Assembly: GCF_006345805.1 (NCBI RefSeq)
Contig: NC_043013.1
Location: 29,202,001 to 29,266,000, forward strand
Source of the DNA: Octopus sinensis
Taxonomy: Eukaryota
DNA: 64,000 nt
Reading direction: 5' to 3'
The notes under the pieces were generated by a model that searched no databases, had not been told where the DNA came from, and worked only from the letters and a program-made list of their open reading frames with translations. The stretch's first letter is position 1; every line of letters begins with the position of its first letter. A program made the position numbers and the translations under genes. Below, piece after piece: positions 12,119 through 26,289 of the stretch.

Positions 12119-12624
12119 ACTAACAGTATCGCCCGGCGTTGCTCGGGTTTGTAAGGGAAATAACTATATAAGCATTTTTAGAGAGTTACTTCCCTTATAG
12201 ATGCCAATTCGGGCTTTCTTAGCCATTTCTGTTTTGGTGTCTTCAAGCCATGAAGTCGTTGTTCTAAAAGAACGCTGGTCTCCTTGACAACGCTTTACGA
12301 CGTTGATATCCTTACACTCCCTTCCCCACAGCTTCACGAGGGAAGGAAGAAGGGGGAGAAGCAAACAGGTGCAGGTGTGACCATGGACGCCAACTCCGCC
12401 GCCATCGACACACGAAAAATTATGCATTAAAATGGAATAAAAAATGATGTTAAATTATTTTTAAAATCGTAGACTCATCGTAGACGCGCGCTAATACTCA
12501 GACGGGCTCGATATGAATCACAACTATAAGATACCCGAAATTGCACCGCAAAATGTGGGAGTAGTTAGGAATCTAAATCGAAGGGGACAGACACTCACAC
12601 AACTACAGTTTTATATATATAGAT
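12119..12624 (+). mobile_element. Non-autonomous Helitron/Helentron-like element (Lep1/HINE-type architecture)
   Basis: Starts actaacagtatcgcccggcgttgctcggg (subterminal GC hairpin); ends acagacactcacacaactacagttttatatatatagat. Confidence 0.55.
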
Positions 12625-13233
12625 ATGTACTTTTATGTATACGCGTTTATAATTTACTTTATATGTAGTTTAAAAAATGGAAACACATGCTTTTGTTTAT
12701 AAGTACAGTAAAATATAGCTTACTTGTGGGCTCGTGCTACAAGTATACGTATATATGTGCGCGCGCGCGTGGGTGTATGTATGTGTGTGCGCGTGGGTGT
12801 ATGTATGTGTGCATGTGTATATAAACATGTGCTGCTGTTTGCAATTACGAAAGCAATACGTAGGTGCTCATCTACGTATTTTTGTATCTGTATGCATCTC
12901 TGTGTCTATCCTAATCTGTTTGTGTGAGGTCTGACTGCCCATTCAACATTCAAGTTACTTTTAGACTTATCTAACAAACAAAATCCAGTTTGTAATATAT
13001 CTAAAATTACAGGAGGAGTAAATTATACATGAATGTGGCTCCCGATAAACAGTAAAAGTAATTACTCGATCAACGACGGGTTTTATTGCTAATGTATGTA
13101 TATATGTGTATACATATATATATATATATGTGTGTGTATATATATATGTGTGTGTATATATATATATATATAGTATATATATATATATATATATAGATAT
13201 ATATATATATATATAGATATATATATATATATA

Positions 13234-13310
13234 GATGCCACGCAGTGGGATTGAACCCGGAACCATGTGGTTGGTTAGCAAACTACTTACCACACAGCCA
13301 CTCCTGCGCC
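13234..13310 (-). mobile_element. Inverted 77-bp copy of the adjacent SINE A head
   Basis: Exact reverse complement of 13455-13531. Confidence 0.9.
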
Positions 13311-13325
13311 TATATATATATATAA

Positions 13326-13435
<110 letters not shown>

Positions 13436-13454
13436 TTATATATATATATATATA

Positions 13455-13852
13455 GGCGCAGGAGTGGCTGTGTGGTAAGTAGTTTGCTAACCAACCACAT
13501 GGTTCCGGGTTCAATCCCACTGCGTGGCATCTTGGGCAAATGTCTTCTGCTATAGCCCCGGGCCGACCAATGCCTTGTGAGTGGATTTGGTAGACGGAAA
13601 CTGAAAGAAGCCTGTCGTATATATGTATATGTATGTGTGTTTGTGTGTCTATGTTTGTTCCCCTAGCATTGCTTGACAACCTATGCTGGTGTGTTTACGT
13701 CCCCGTCACTTAGCGGTTCGGCAAAAAGAGACCGATAGAATAAGTACTGGGCTTACAAAAAGAATAAGTCCCGGGGTTGAGTTGCTCGACTAAAGGCGGT
13801 GCTCCAGCATGGCCGCAGTCAAATGACTGAACCAAGTAAAAGAGTAAAAGAG
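13455..13852 (+). mobile_element. SINE family A, full length
   Basis: ggcgcaggagtggctgtgtggtaag...gggttcaatccc head through gtaaaagagtaaaagag tail. Confidence 0.9.
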
Positions 13853-13856
13853 AGAG

Positions 13857-13976
<120 letters not shown>

Positions 13977-15249
13977 ATATATATATACACATACATATAT
14001 TGTGCCTGTAAGCGTGCACAGGGTACGGAAGCTGAATTTTAAAAACGTTGTATAACTATTCTGAAATTTAAAAAATATTTTCCATGCAGCAAGTATAATA
14101 TACTAACATTACAATATATTGCATGGGAACGGAGGTTTGAAATTAGTGCAACACAATACGGGAAAAATACGCCTCACTGTGCGTGGACCACATTTTATTA
14201 TTGTCGATACAGGGTATACAAATGTGCCAACTTACTGCTCTCAGATTACAGTAGGTGTTTTCGTTCATCTCACGATATTTGCAATGGTCGCAAACATATC
14301 TGTACTTTTCCAGCTGGTTTAAAGCACTAAATCATTCAAGCACGATGAAACTTGTAAAGATAGACAAATAAACATGGTGTAAACCGATGGGTAGAAGTTA
14401 ATGCTGGTAGGAATGATTTAGATATGAAGTTCAATGTTTGCAACTGTCGAAGCATTTTCAAAGAAGGCTCTACAGCTTTTAAAATTAAGAGAACTCCAAA
14501 AGTTCTCAAGCAAATGAGAGGAAAAGTGAAAATCTATCGATCATCACAACAGCGGGATTATTGCAAACAAGTCTTGGGAAGCTCCTTCTGTGATGTAATG
14601 GAAGGACCCAGATTCGGTGTTAATATTTCCAGCCATTCCAAGAAACATATGTGAAACCGCCTTTCATCGAAACAAATCTTAACATCAATGAATATATAAC
14701 TATTTGAATGTGCTTGATGATGTTTTGCTTTCAGGAATTACTAAACATTATGCTCTTAGTGAGATTATCTTCGTCGAGGTTCTCAGCTATGGAACAGTCC
14801 AAAGTGTGAGTAGAATTATTTTAAAGTGAAACTACCACTGTTTGTTCTCAAGTAAATTCAGTCTTCTAATTCATCAAATTTGAATTCATATGACAAAAGG
14901 GATTTGGGGAGTAACTGCGGACAAGTCCAATGCAACGCCTCAAAGCAGTGTCATTACATCAGAGTCTACCATGAAGAAAGTATTCATTTCGATAAATGCG
15001 GATGAAGAAAAGAAAGCATGGTTACACTAACGCATTTGATTTCAATCGATTGCAAATGTTGCTGAAGGATATCTTAAATAATATTGTACATTATGTTATG
15101 AGAGGCAAACATATCAAGTTTCACGTTTCTATCTTTTCATTTATCCCAGTTACATGCTTTGAAACTATTCTGCGCAATTTCAGCTCAGCTCCCCCTTTCT
15201 GTGTATTTATTCATATATAAGCGTTTCTTTGTAGCTCTGTGCGTGGATT

Positions 15250-15490
15250 TGCGTGCGTATATGTTCGTGTGTATGTTTGTATGCATTCATACATGTATGT
15301 ATCTATGTATATGCGTATGTGTGTGTGTGAGTGTATGTGTATATATGACTACATATTTATATTTATGTATTATACACACATACATATATATATACACATA
15401 TATTTACACACACACATACAGATATATGATTGTATATAGGCTTCTAGGTGTGTGGCGACGCATTTATATGTGTATGTATGTATGTATGTA

Positions 15491-15552
<62 letters not shown>

Positions 15553-15830
15553 TATGTGTATACATGTGTATCAGCACATTTTGTGGTGCATTCAGCCAAT
15601 TCCAGGAGCAATAAATTCATTGATCAAACAATTGAAAATCATCGTCGAATCCGACAGAGATCCCTTTCCTGATTTTGATCACGTATTTTGTGTTCATACA
15701 ATTATATATGTATGCATATCTATATCTTTATATGTATGTATGTTTCTATATAAGCATGTATGTATGCATGCATGCATGCATATATCCACATACGTGTGCA
15801 TGTATGTATGTACGTATATATGTATGTATG

Positions 15831-15862
<32 letters not shown>

Positions 15863-16615
15863 CTTGTGTAATGTATGTACGTACGTATGTATGCATATAT
15901 GTATGCATTGTGCATGTATGCATGTATGTATATATGTATGTATGTATGCAAGCACGCACGTGTGCATGTATGTATGTACGTATATATGTATGTATGCATA
16001 TATGTATATACGTATGTATGTATATGTTTGTATGTATGTATGCATGTGTACAGGTGTGACTGTATGCATGTATGCACGTGAGCATGTATGCATGTATATA
16101 TGTATGTATGTTTGTTTGAATCTATGTATGTATATGTGTATGTTTGCATAAATGTGTATATGAACGTATGTACGTGTGTATATGTCTGTGTATGTATGTA
16201 TGTATGTATGTATGTGTGTATGTACGTATGTGTGTGTGTGTATATGTATGTCTGTATGCATGTATTCACGTGTGCATGTATGTACGTATGTATATGTCTA
16301 TGTAATTATGTATGTTTGTATGCATGTATGAAGTGTATATATGAACGGATGGCTGGATGGATGGTTGGTCGCATATATGTACACGTGTATGATGTATATA
16401 TGTATGTTTGCATCTATAATTTTGCCCGTATGTATAAATATACTTCATATATTTAAAAGCATGTGTTTGTACGTATGAAACTGTATATAAATATATATTG
16501 AGAGAGAGAGAGACACGTGTGTATACGTATGTATGTATATATTTAATATGAATGTGCTTGAGAGTATGAATGAGTGAAAGAATATGATTATGTATGAGCA
16601 TGCATTTATAATATA

Positions 16616-16651
<36 letters not shown>

Positions 16652-16767
16652 TGGATAGATGTATACGCGCGTGTGTGTGTGTATATATATATATTTACAT
16701 ATGTATATGTATATTATATACATATCTACATATATATAATATACATATACAAATACATATATATGCG

Positions 16768-16822
<55 letters not shown>

Positions 16823-16880
16823 GCATATATATATGTTCATACATACGCATGTGTGTGTATGTTTGTTTATAGGCATATAT
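15250..16880. repeat. ~1.6 kb compound (TA/TG/TATG)n microsatellite
   Basis: Direct reading; a second similar tract at ~17330-18070. Confidence 0.9.
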
Positions 16881-17887
16881 GTGTGTGTCCTTAAATAATG
16901 AAATCTTTTTGAAATTCTATATGTGTTTATGTTTTTCCCCGTCCCGATTAGGTGAACAACATCGCTAAGCTAAATGCAACCAAGTGATGTTGAGTGCAGG
17001 CTGTGTGTCTGTATGTGTCTGTATCTCCGCGTGGACTGTCTGTACATATGTGTGTGTGTCTGTGTGTGTGTGTATGTGACTCTGTGTGTGTGTGTGTATG
17101 TGTGTGTGTGTGTCTGTGTCTGTGTGTGTGGAAGCATAATTACTTCCACACGGTTTTACTTTACTCTTAATCTTCTCTGCTGCTTCGTCAATGCATATCT
17201 GCATTTGGAAGTCTGAAATCTCTCACGGGCCTTAACTTACAGCAGCAAAGTCAAGTCATAAGCGTCGCATTAGTTCCCAACACATTAACACGACCGACTT
17301 AGCAGTGTCAACAAACCTTAGAAATGTTTCAATCACACGCATACAGACACCCACTCACGCCCGTACGTACGCACTTGTGCTTGTACATCACACACTTGCG
17401 TACGTACGTACCCGATCATACACATATTCATAGACAATCACTCACAAGTACGTACATGGACGTTCGTGCATGTACACATACATACAGCTTCAAACACATG
17501 CATGCATGTGTATAAACACGCGCTTCGTGCATCTGTAACGACTTTTTTTTCTCTCTCAGTGTCTCTTTTATATTAAGCATATTTGGGACAGCTGCATACA
17601 CACGGGAACACAAACACACATACACGCACCCGCACACACACAACATATGCACAAACGTGCACACATGCACACGCATGTACACACATACACAGGCTCACAC
17701 ACATATATATATATATGTGTGTGTATGTGTATATGTATATATATAAATATATATATTTATACATATATATATATATATATATATCTATATAAATATACAT
17801 ATTTATACATATATATATTTATATATATATATGTGTGTATATATATATGTACATATATGTATGTATATATATACACACATATATATT

Positions 17888-17993
<106 letters not shown>

Positions 17994-18485
17994 CATACAT
18001 ACTTACATGCATATATTTACATATACACATATATATGTATGTGTGTGGGCATTTATGCACACCACATGACACACATAAGACGTCTATGAATTATCTTTAC
18101 TGCTTTCACAATTTATTGTATTCATTTACTGCGTTTAACCAGTGGAATTCATATGGAAGTGTTATGATGTTTCTAATAAAACTTGATTTGTTTGCCTATT
18201 TTCCAATAAATCTGCTGAGTTATTCTCATTTTTCCCTTCTTTCTGAATTTTTTAAATTCTAAAAGTAATTTATAAACACTCTGCATATGATCTCAATACA
18301 ACCTAATATGTGTTGTATAGTTGAAACGCCAGTCGCTGCGATTTTCATCAGGAAACAAAATCCCTTCATAGACATATTATGTTAAAAATCCTAAAATACT
18401 TCAGAGTTAGGTGAAACGAAATCATTCCAGAAGTCACCGTCCGAGCGACAGACGTATTTCGCCATTGTTGCTGCTTGTCAAGCCT

Positions 18486-18690
18486 AAATTCGTCGTGCAG
18501 TTTAACACCATCATCTGGTGGAGTTGATTATGATGGCTTCCTCTTTGGTGCAGGCATCCAGACCAGACTTCCTATCTGTGAGTAAGTTTCTCAGTCGTTG
18601 AAGCCTTGTAATATGTCATACATATGTTCTTCCACCCTTGATTCAATTGTTGGCGCCTGACATCAACGCTCCTGCCGAGATACTTGTACC
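18486..18690 (-). mobile_element. Possible decayed Penelope GIY-YIG endonuclease relic
   Basis: With frameshifts: KYLGRS…TIESRVEEH…EEAIII…DGVKLHDEF; a CTGATGA lies ~135 nt downstream (18351-18345). Confidence 0.4.
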
Positions 18691-18966
18691 AAACTATATC
18701 GGCCCAAGTCGACCGAATTTTTTTATTGGGTAAAAATTGATGTTATGGAGGAGAGGATAAAAATGTCATTAAAAAGAAGAAAAATAAATAAATAACTAAT
18801 TAGATAAATAGAATCGCACATGGCGATCTTCCACATCTGGAATATTTTGAAGTTTATAATCTTAGCTCAATATCAACACCATCTTCAATTTCAATATATG
18901 GTATCGATATACAACGTGGCCTGAAAATTTCTTAAATCAGGCATTTATTTCAAGCTATATAAATGA

Positions 18967-19075
18967 TTCTTAATCTCCTTGACTTCAATACACATTGGAG
19001 ATCAAATAAAAAATTATTGCTTCTTAATCTCCTTGACTTAATCATATATTGGAGATCAAATAAAAAAATTACTAG
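18967..19075. repeat. ~54-bp tandem duplication
   Basis: ttcttaatctccttgactt...ttggagatcaaataaaaaa x2. Confidence 0.85.
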
Positions 19076-19327
19076 TTCATTTCACATGGAATATTAAAAA
19101 CAAATACGGTTTTAAAGTTAAGAAAAAAATAGAAATTGCATAACTTAGTATATTTCATCAATCATACATATGTATCAAAATATTGTGAATGATGATTTTT
19201 CAAGATGTCTAAGCATGGATTTTCTAAATCTTTGAATTAGTTAATACCTCCGTCGGTCAAGGTTCATCATATATCTGTACATAAATATGCATGCCTAGGC
19301 AACAGTCTGACTACTTATCGTATATTT

Positions 19328-19946
19328 CAAGGCGGCGAGTAGGCAGAATCGTTAGCACGTCGGGCGAAATGCTTAGCGATATTTCGTTCTGAGTTCAAAT
19401 TCCGTCGAGATCGACTTTGTCTTTCATCCTTTCGAGGTCGATTAAATAAGTACCAGTTACGCACTGGGCGTCGATATAATCGACTTAATCCCTTTCTCTG
19501 TCCTTGTTTGTCCCCTCTAAGTTTAGCCCTCTGTGGGCAATAAGGAAATAATCATTTATCGTATATTTTAAGGCGGCGAGCTGGCAGAATCGTTAGCACA
19601 TCGGGCGAAATGCTTAGCGGTATTTCGTCTGCCGCTACGTTCTTAGTTCAAATTCCGCCGAGGTCGACTTTGCCTTTCATCCTTCCGGGGTCGATTAAAT
19701 AAGTACCAGTTACGCACTGGGGTCGGCATAATCGACTTAATTCGTTTGTCTGTCCGTGTTTAACGTCTCTGTGTTTAGCCCCTTGTGGGTAGTAAAGAAA
19801 TAGATATTTCGCCCGTCTTTACGTTCTGAGTTCAAATTCCGCCGAGGTCGACTTTGCCTTTCATCCTTTCGGAGATCGATAAATCAAGTACCAGTCACGC
19901 ACTGGGGTGGATGTAATCGACTGCCCCCAAATTCCTGTGGAAAGGA
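19328..19946 (+). mobile_element. Two adjacent SINE B insertions (monomer 19328-19551; dimer 19570-19946)
   Basis: Two heads; TTATCGTATATTT present three times (19315, 19556, 19947); internal junction aaatag|atatttc at ~19803. Confidence 0.85.
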
Positions 19947-19967
19947 TTATCGTATATTTTAAAAGTC

Positions 19968-20965
19968 TTTTATTTGTCTCAGTCACTGGATTGCGGCTAG
20001 ACTGGGGCATCCTCCCGAAGAGTTTTAATAGAACGAATAGATCCCAGTACTTATGTTTTCTTAAGAGTGATACGTATTTTATCGGTCCGTTTGACGGACC
20101 ACTAGCTTACAAGCGCGTAAACCAACCAACACCAGTTGTTTAGCGGTGTTGGTGGATGACAAACACAGACTCACACACATAGACACACACAACACACACA
20201 TTATTCTTATTGATTATTTTGTAACAAATAAACATCATGCACAAATTGTAACGAGAGTGATATGTAGTGTTTATCTAGCCATTGTTTATGATATCATCCA
20301 GCCCTAATTATACAGATATCAATATGAGTTCTTTTTACAACCCAAATATTACATATGTGAGTTGAAAATCTTCGATGAATTTTAAATTATAGTCTTCCTC
20401 TTAAAACTATCTAAAATTTACATTCAGAAAAAAGTAGAAATAAAAAAAACAAGCAAAGGGAATAACTGGAACATCAGCCAAGTAGATTTTCATGCAAAAT
20501 ACAAATGGGAATATAAATAGGAATAGATCTTGATTTTAAAGCAAATTGGTTAATGCTATAAATATATTTCGATTTTATTAGATCCCATCAGCGAAATATA
20601 TTCCACTCTATCGGCAAGACTTTATTTGAACAATTATAGAAACAGCGTAAGTGTTGTGAACTAATTTTGAATATCACAAAATGGCCAAAGCAAAAGAACC
20701 TCTTGTGAGCATTCTGTTCTGCATACTAAATATCTATAATGTACGACCTTCAGATGCAATATTCTTTTATTTGTTTCAGTCATTTGGCTGCGGCCGTGCT
20801 AGTGCACTACCTTTTAGTCAAACAAATCGACTCCAGGACTTATTCTGTGTAAGCCTAGTACTTATTTTATCTGTCGCTTTGGCCGAAAAGCTAGTTTACG
20901 GGGACGTAAACACATCAACATCAGTTGTCACGTGATGGTGAGGGGGGGGGCAAACACAGACACAC
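19968..20965 (-). mobile_element. Two SINE A 3' halves (19968-20170 diverged; 20763-20965)
   Basis: Reverse-complement match to the family A tail. Confidence 0.65.
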
Positions 20966-20971
20966 ATATAT

Positions 20972-21031
<60 letters not shown>

Positions 21032-22010
21032 ACATATATATACATATATATATATATACATACATATATATATACATATATATATATATACATACATATA
21101 TATATATACATATATATATAAATTTATAAATGAGGGTGAAAAATTGATATTAATTTAATAATACCATTAATTTAACACCGAGTGGCTTAGCACAAAAAAA
21201 CTACGGAGAAAATACAAATTTATACATAAATTATTAGAGAGTTAACCACTATGTGGATAACTCTAGTACTAAAAATAGCCCCGATAGTACAGCCACAGAA
21301 AAAGATGTTTCCAATTAGAAATAACATACATTTAACGGAAGGAAAGTGAAATATAGCGAATAAATAGATTGACCCTGAACAATCTGTTTCATTACTAATG
21401 TAATATGTAATTTTACTTACATAAACATCTATAAATCATCAGCAGAGGTTTGTCTTAAATACAATCTATTAGACCGACACGAGCGTCAAAAACACGTGCG
21501 GTTTAACGAATTGCATTTTTAGTTATGCCTCAAATTTGAGGCATAACCAAAAAATGGGCTAAAACCTTTTAGGATACTCGTTTAGTCTTTTGGAGTAACT
21601 AGCTACGGCTCGTTAGGCTCTAAGCTCAAATTAACCCGTGGCAAACTTTGCCCTTCATGCTTTGATATGATAAAGGGATGATTTGATAAAATAAATCACT
21701 AATAAATTACTAACCCTTCCACTAAAATTTCTGATCTCATTCCTAAGTGAGTATCTAACTTCGTCTCTTTACAGCCTGAGTTTAAATCTATCCGAGATTA
21801 ACTCTGCTCCTCATACCTTTTAGGACTGATAAAACAAAATACGAGTCCGGAAGTGGAGGAAAAATAGTCCCCTGATGTGAGCCTTGTACTTATGTAAAAA
21901 AAATCAATATTATTATGTGTTGTTTATATGGTCAAGTATATTTTGTGCTTCTGGGATATCATACAATTTAATACTTGTAAAAGAAAGAATATTTAATTCT
22001 ATCCTCTATA

Positions 22011-23012
22011 CGAGGGGCGTTCAATAAGTAATGCCCCTGACCCACTTGCAGTTGTTTGATCTAGCTGAAATTTTGCATGTGCACTTATTTATACCTCTAT
22101 ATATTAAGTAGCGAATTACAGCTCTGAACTACTTGTGGTTTCTGATTTACAGGTGTTTGAACTGAGTCAAGTGGGAAATGGAGCCTGTTGAGTGTCGAGC
22201 AGTGATCTGGTTTTTGTATTTGAAAGGACGCACACCACGGGAGACTTTTGATGAAATGAAAGTAACTTATGGTGATGATGCCCCATCATATGACCTTGTA
22301 AAACGCTGGCATTGTGAATTCAAACATAGTCGGAACTCTGTGGAAACAGCTTCCAGATCTGGTCGCCCCCTTCTGCCGTTGATGAGACGTCTGTCCGTCA
22401 AGTTGAGGCTGCCATTTTGGAAGGTCAACGCATAACTATTCGCCAAATAGCCCATAAGGTCAAGATTAGTACCGGGTCTGTGGAAACTATCATTCATGAC
22501 CATTTGCATATGCAAAAGGTATCTGCCAGATGGATTTCCAGGTTGCTCACACCTTTCCAGAAGCAAGAACGAGTGCGTGAGTGCTCGAGGATGAATTTGG
22601 AGATGTGCCACGAAGATGAGTCAAAATTTTTCAAAAGACTGATCACACAGGATAAAACCTGGGTCCATCACTATGATCCATAGACCAAAGCCCAGCAATC
22701 AATGAAGTGAAAGCACCGTGACTCACCTCCTCCAAAGAAGGCAAGGGTGCAGCACCTCCGCTGACAAGGTTATGCTCAAAGTCTTCTGGGACCAGGACGG
22801 AAGTAGTGATGACAGATTTCCTGGCAAAGGGTACCACAATTACAGGAGCCTATTATGCTTCACTTTTGAGGAAATTAAGAGAAGAGAAGCTATCAAAATC
22901 AAGAGGCGGGGCAAGATCAGCAAAGGCATCCTCCTCCTGCAGGACAACGCTCCGGTCCACAACTCGCGTATCGCCAGATCAGAAGCACAGGCGTGCAGCT
23001 ATGAACTCCTCC
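22011..23012 (+). mobile_element. Mariner (irritans-like), 3'-truncated pseudo-transposase
   Basis: TA + cgaggggcgttcaataagt left end; MEPVECRAVIWFLYLKG…SRSGRP; ITQDKTWVHHYDP*; LLLQDNAPVH; frameshifts and stops; breaks into microsatellite before YSPDL. Confidence 0.85.
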
Positions 23013-23060
23013 CCTTGCACCCTCTGTGTGTGTGTATGTGTGTGTGTGTGTATGCACACA

Positions 23061-23112
<52 letters not shown>

Positions 23113-23565
23113 CATATATATATATATACATACATATTCATATATGTGTATATATATATATATACGCACAGACGCACGCACGCACGCGCACACACACGCA
23201 CACACACATATACACACACGCATATATGTATATTCACGCACGTATGTAAAAGTGCATACATTCCAGCGCCGACATCAGGTTGTGTTACTAGCATGATGTA
23301 AAGCTTGTGGTTACCATCTGTACAACACCCCCGCCTCACCACCACCACCACCACCACCACCACGACGAACACTACCACCACCGCCAGAATCATCATCATC
23401 ATCATCACATAAAATGGCGCTAAAACTTAATTGCATTAGTTACAGATATATACTTGCACACACGCACTCACACAGATGTACACACACATGTACACACACA
23501 CTTTTACATAAATACACACACATTTCCGTTATAACAAAAAAAGGAGTACTCAATTTAAGTTATAG

Positions 23566-23790
23566 AGTAAGGCGGTGATTTTTGATAGAATCCTGAGCAC
23601 GCCGGACATAATGCTTAGCGGAATTTCGTCTGTCTGTGTTCAAATTCCGCCGAGGTCACTTTTGCCTCTCCTCATTTCGAGGTCTATAAAACAAGAACCA
23701 GTTGAGTACAGATGTAATCGACTTAACTCCCACCCCTCGTCGGATTGCTGGTATTATGCTAAAATCTGGAATCGATATAAGTTACAGATT
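23566..23790 (+). mobile_element. SINE family B (variant tail)
   Basis: aaggcggtga...caaattccgccgaggtc... Confidence 0.7.
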
Positions 23791-23856
23791 ATATTTATAC
23801 ACGTGCTAGTATGTATATAGATTGGCATAAACACATATACACATTTGAATGATTAT

Positions 23857-24049
23857 TCTTTTACTTGTTGTAGTCATTTGACTACGGCCATGCTGGAGCA
23901 CCGCCTTTAGTCGAGTAAATCGACCCCATGACTTATTCTTTGTAAGCCTAGTACTTACTCTATCGGTCTCTTTTGCCGAACCGCTAAGTTACGGGGACGT
24001 AGACTCAACAGCATAGGTTGTCAAGCGATGCTGGGGAGACAAACACATA

Positions 24050-24087
<38 letters not shown>

Positions 24088-24275
24088 ACACACACACACA
24101 CACATACATACACACACATATACTTTCAATTTCCATCTACCAAATCCACTCACAAGGCTTTGGTCGACCCGAGGTTATAGTAGAAGACGCTTGCCCAACG
24201 TGTCACGCAGTGGGACTGAACCCAGAACCATGCGGTTGGTTAGCAAGCTACTTACCACACGGCCACTCCTGCGCC
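23857..24275 (-). mobile_element. SINE family A, full length
   Basis: Reverse complement of the family A consensus with internal (CA)n. Confidence 0.88.
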
Positions 24276-24549
24276 TAAATATGTGTTTAAGAGTATATCT
24301 ATGTATACATAGATGGCGGTCTATTCCATCGTTACAAAGAGTATCTTGTCCACAGTGACCACAATTTCTGTCCTGTCACTTAAAGAGCATTAAAAGGCCT
24401 AAAATATTTAGGAAAGGAACAATCAATTATTATCGTCACCTTAAAGAAGTAAGTCGAACTGAATGTGATGGATTTCAACTCAGAATTTTGGCACAAGATT
24501 AGAAACTTTAGTGCAACGGGATTGGGCAATTACATCGCTCCTATTGCTC

Positions 24550-24877
24550 AAATGATACTAAATTTATCAACGTCCAAGAGGATGAAAGACAAAGGCGATC
24601 TCGGCGGAATTTGAACAGAGAATATAAAGATGGACGAAATGCTGTTAAGTGTTTTGCCCGGCGTGCTAACGATCCCGCCAGCTTTACTATTGGTACAAAT
24701 ACTGAAAATTACCGTGTGGGAACTAGTCAATGCAATCGACCCCGGTGCTTAACTGGTACTCATTTTATCTATCCCGCAAAGCTGAAACGCAAAGCTGAGA
24801 ACGTAAAGCCGGAAGAATGGCCGCTGAACATTTTGTCAGGCGGATTAACGATTTTGCGAGCTCGCCGTCTTAACCGC

Positions 24878-24927
<50 letters not shown>

Positions 24928-25190
24928 CGACGACGACGACGACAACAACAACAGCAACAACAACAACAATTATTCGTTCTAATTGTTGGTACAAGGATAG
25001 CACTTTTGAAGGGATAGGATAGTCGATTACATCGAGCCCAGCACTCAACTGGCACTTATTTTATTGACCTCAAAAGAACGAATGGCAAAGTCAAACTCGG
25101 CCGAATTTGAACCCAGAACGTAAAAGCGGAAGATATACTGCCAAGCATTTAATCCGGAGCGCTAGCTGTTCTACGAACTCGACAGCTTAA
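24550..25190 (-). mobile_element. Fragments of SINE B around an (AAC)n tract (24870-24970)
   Basis: gatctcggcggaatttgaac / aaagtcaaactcggccgaatttgaac. Confidence 0.65.
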
Positions 25191-25205
25191 GTAATAATAA
25201 TGGTT

Positions 25206-25301
25206 GAGAAATTTGCTGGAGAAATTGGGATTGACATAAGGGTAGAACATGCTCAGAAAACTGTTTTATTGAGGATTTTGAGATTGGTACTCGGATGTTA
25301 A
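25206..25301 (+). mobile_element. R4/Dong-like non-LTR retrotransposon 3' ORF end
   Basis: EKFAGEIGIDIRVEHAQKTVLLRILRLVLGC*, next to (TAA)n. Confidence 0.55.
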
Positions 25302-25399
25302 GTATCGTAGAAAGAGAACTTGTGAAACCCTTGAAAACAAGTTGTCCGCTCTTACAAAATTAAAAGTAGCAAGTGAAATCGAGAACTCTGAGAAATGAA

Positions 25400-25906
25400 A
25401 TGGGCTTCTGATCTTAACTGATTCGAAGTGTTATCATATACGTGTTTTGTCTTTGTGTAAAAGATGGGTTACAGCAAATATTCTGCTCAATACCATAGAT
25501 TTGCTTGTCAGTTGCTTGATATTAACCGGTTGAGCATTTCCCTTATTGGCTGATGATATGCGCATTTCTGATCACGAGCAGAAGTTGTGCGGGGAGCATC
25601 ATAGCCATGTATTTTAAAGAATTCTTTAGGGTTTGGATGATTCACCTCTGGAAACTTGGGTGATTCGTTCAACATCCTTAAAAAACCCTTATTCAAGAAC
25701 CGTTTGAGCGTGATGGGCTACTCGACCTGAAGAAAATTCTAACTGGGCCCCACCTGCAAGGTCATGCGCTTTTTATTTTGATATGAGATCACTATGTCGC
25801 GCACATATGTTTGTGATGCATCAGACAGGTAGGCATGATGAGTATATTGGGCTTTGCATATTTTACTCCAGTGTCACTTTGATGGCATACGTTGCTCTTT
25901 CACTCA
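25400..25906. mobile_element. Family D interspersed element, partial copy, (AAT)n-flanked
   Basis: Colinear with 26372-27331. Confidence 0.8.
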
Positions 25907-25935
25907 ATACTGATAATAATAATAATAATAATAAC

Positions 25936-25969
<34 letters not shown>

Positions 25970-25997
25970 GTAATAATAATAATAACAACAGCAATAA

Positions 25998-26289
25998 TAA
26001 GGGTCTACTTCCTACCTAGCTCAGAAACCAGGAAACCCCAAAATGGCAGAAATTCAAACAATAGTGCTCATGGGAACTGCCCGTATCCTACTATCTATGT
26101 GATTTCAAATTTTAAAACCAGCTTATAATTTTCTTGTGTTTTCTTAAACATTCTCTAGAACAATACTATGTACAAAACCAAAAATATGACACCCTAGGCA
26201 TAACACCGTGAACTTCTAACTTCTTGTCTCTTGAGGTCTTTGGGTGAGACTTGTAGCCAACTTGTACAAATACAATGAAAAAGTCAAAC

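Noticed and set aside
14735-14806. Possible plus-strand exon (tttcag...gtgagt)
   Set aside because: Splice-like ends only; no recognisable protein and no partner exons.
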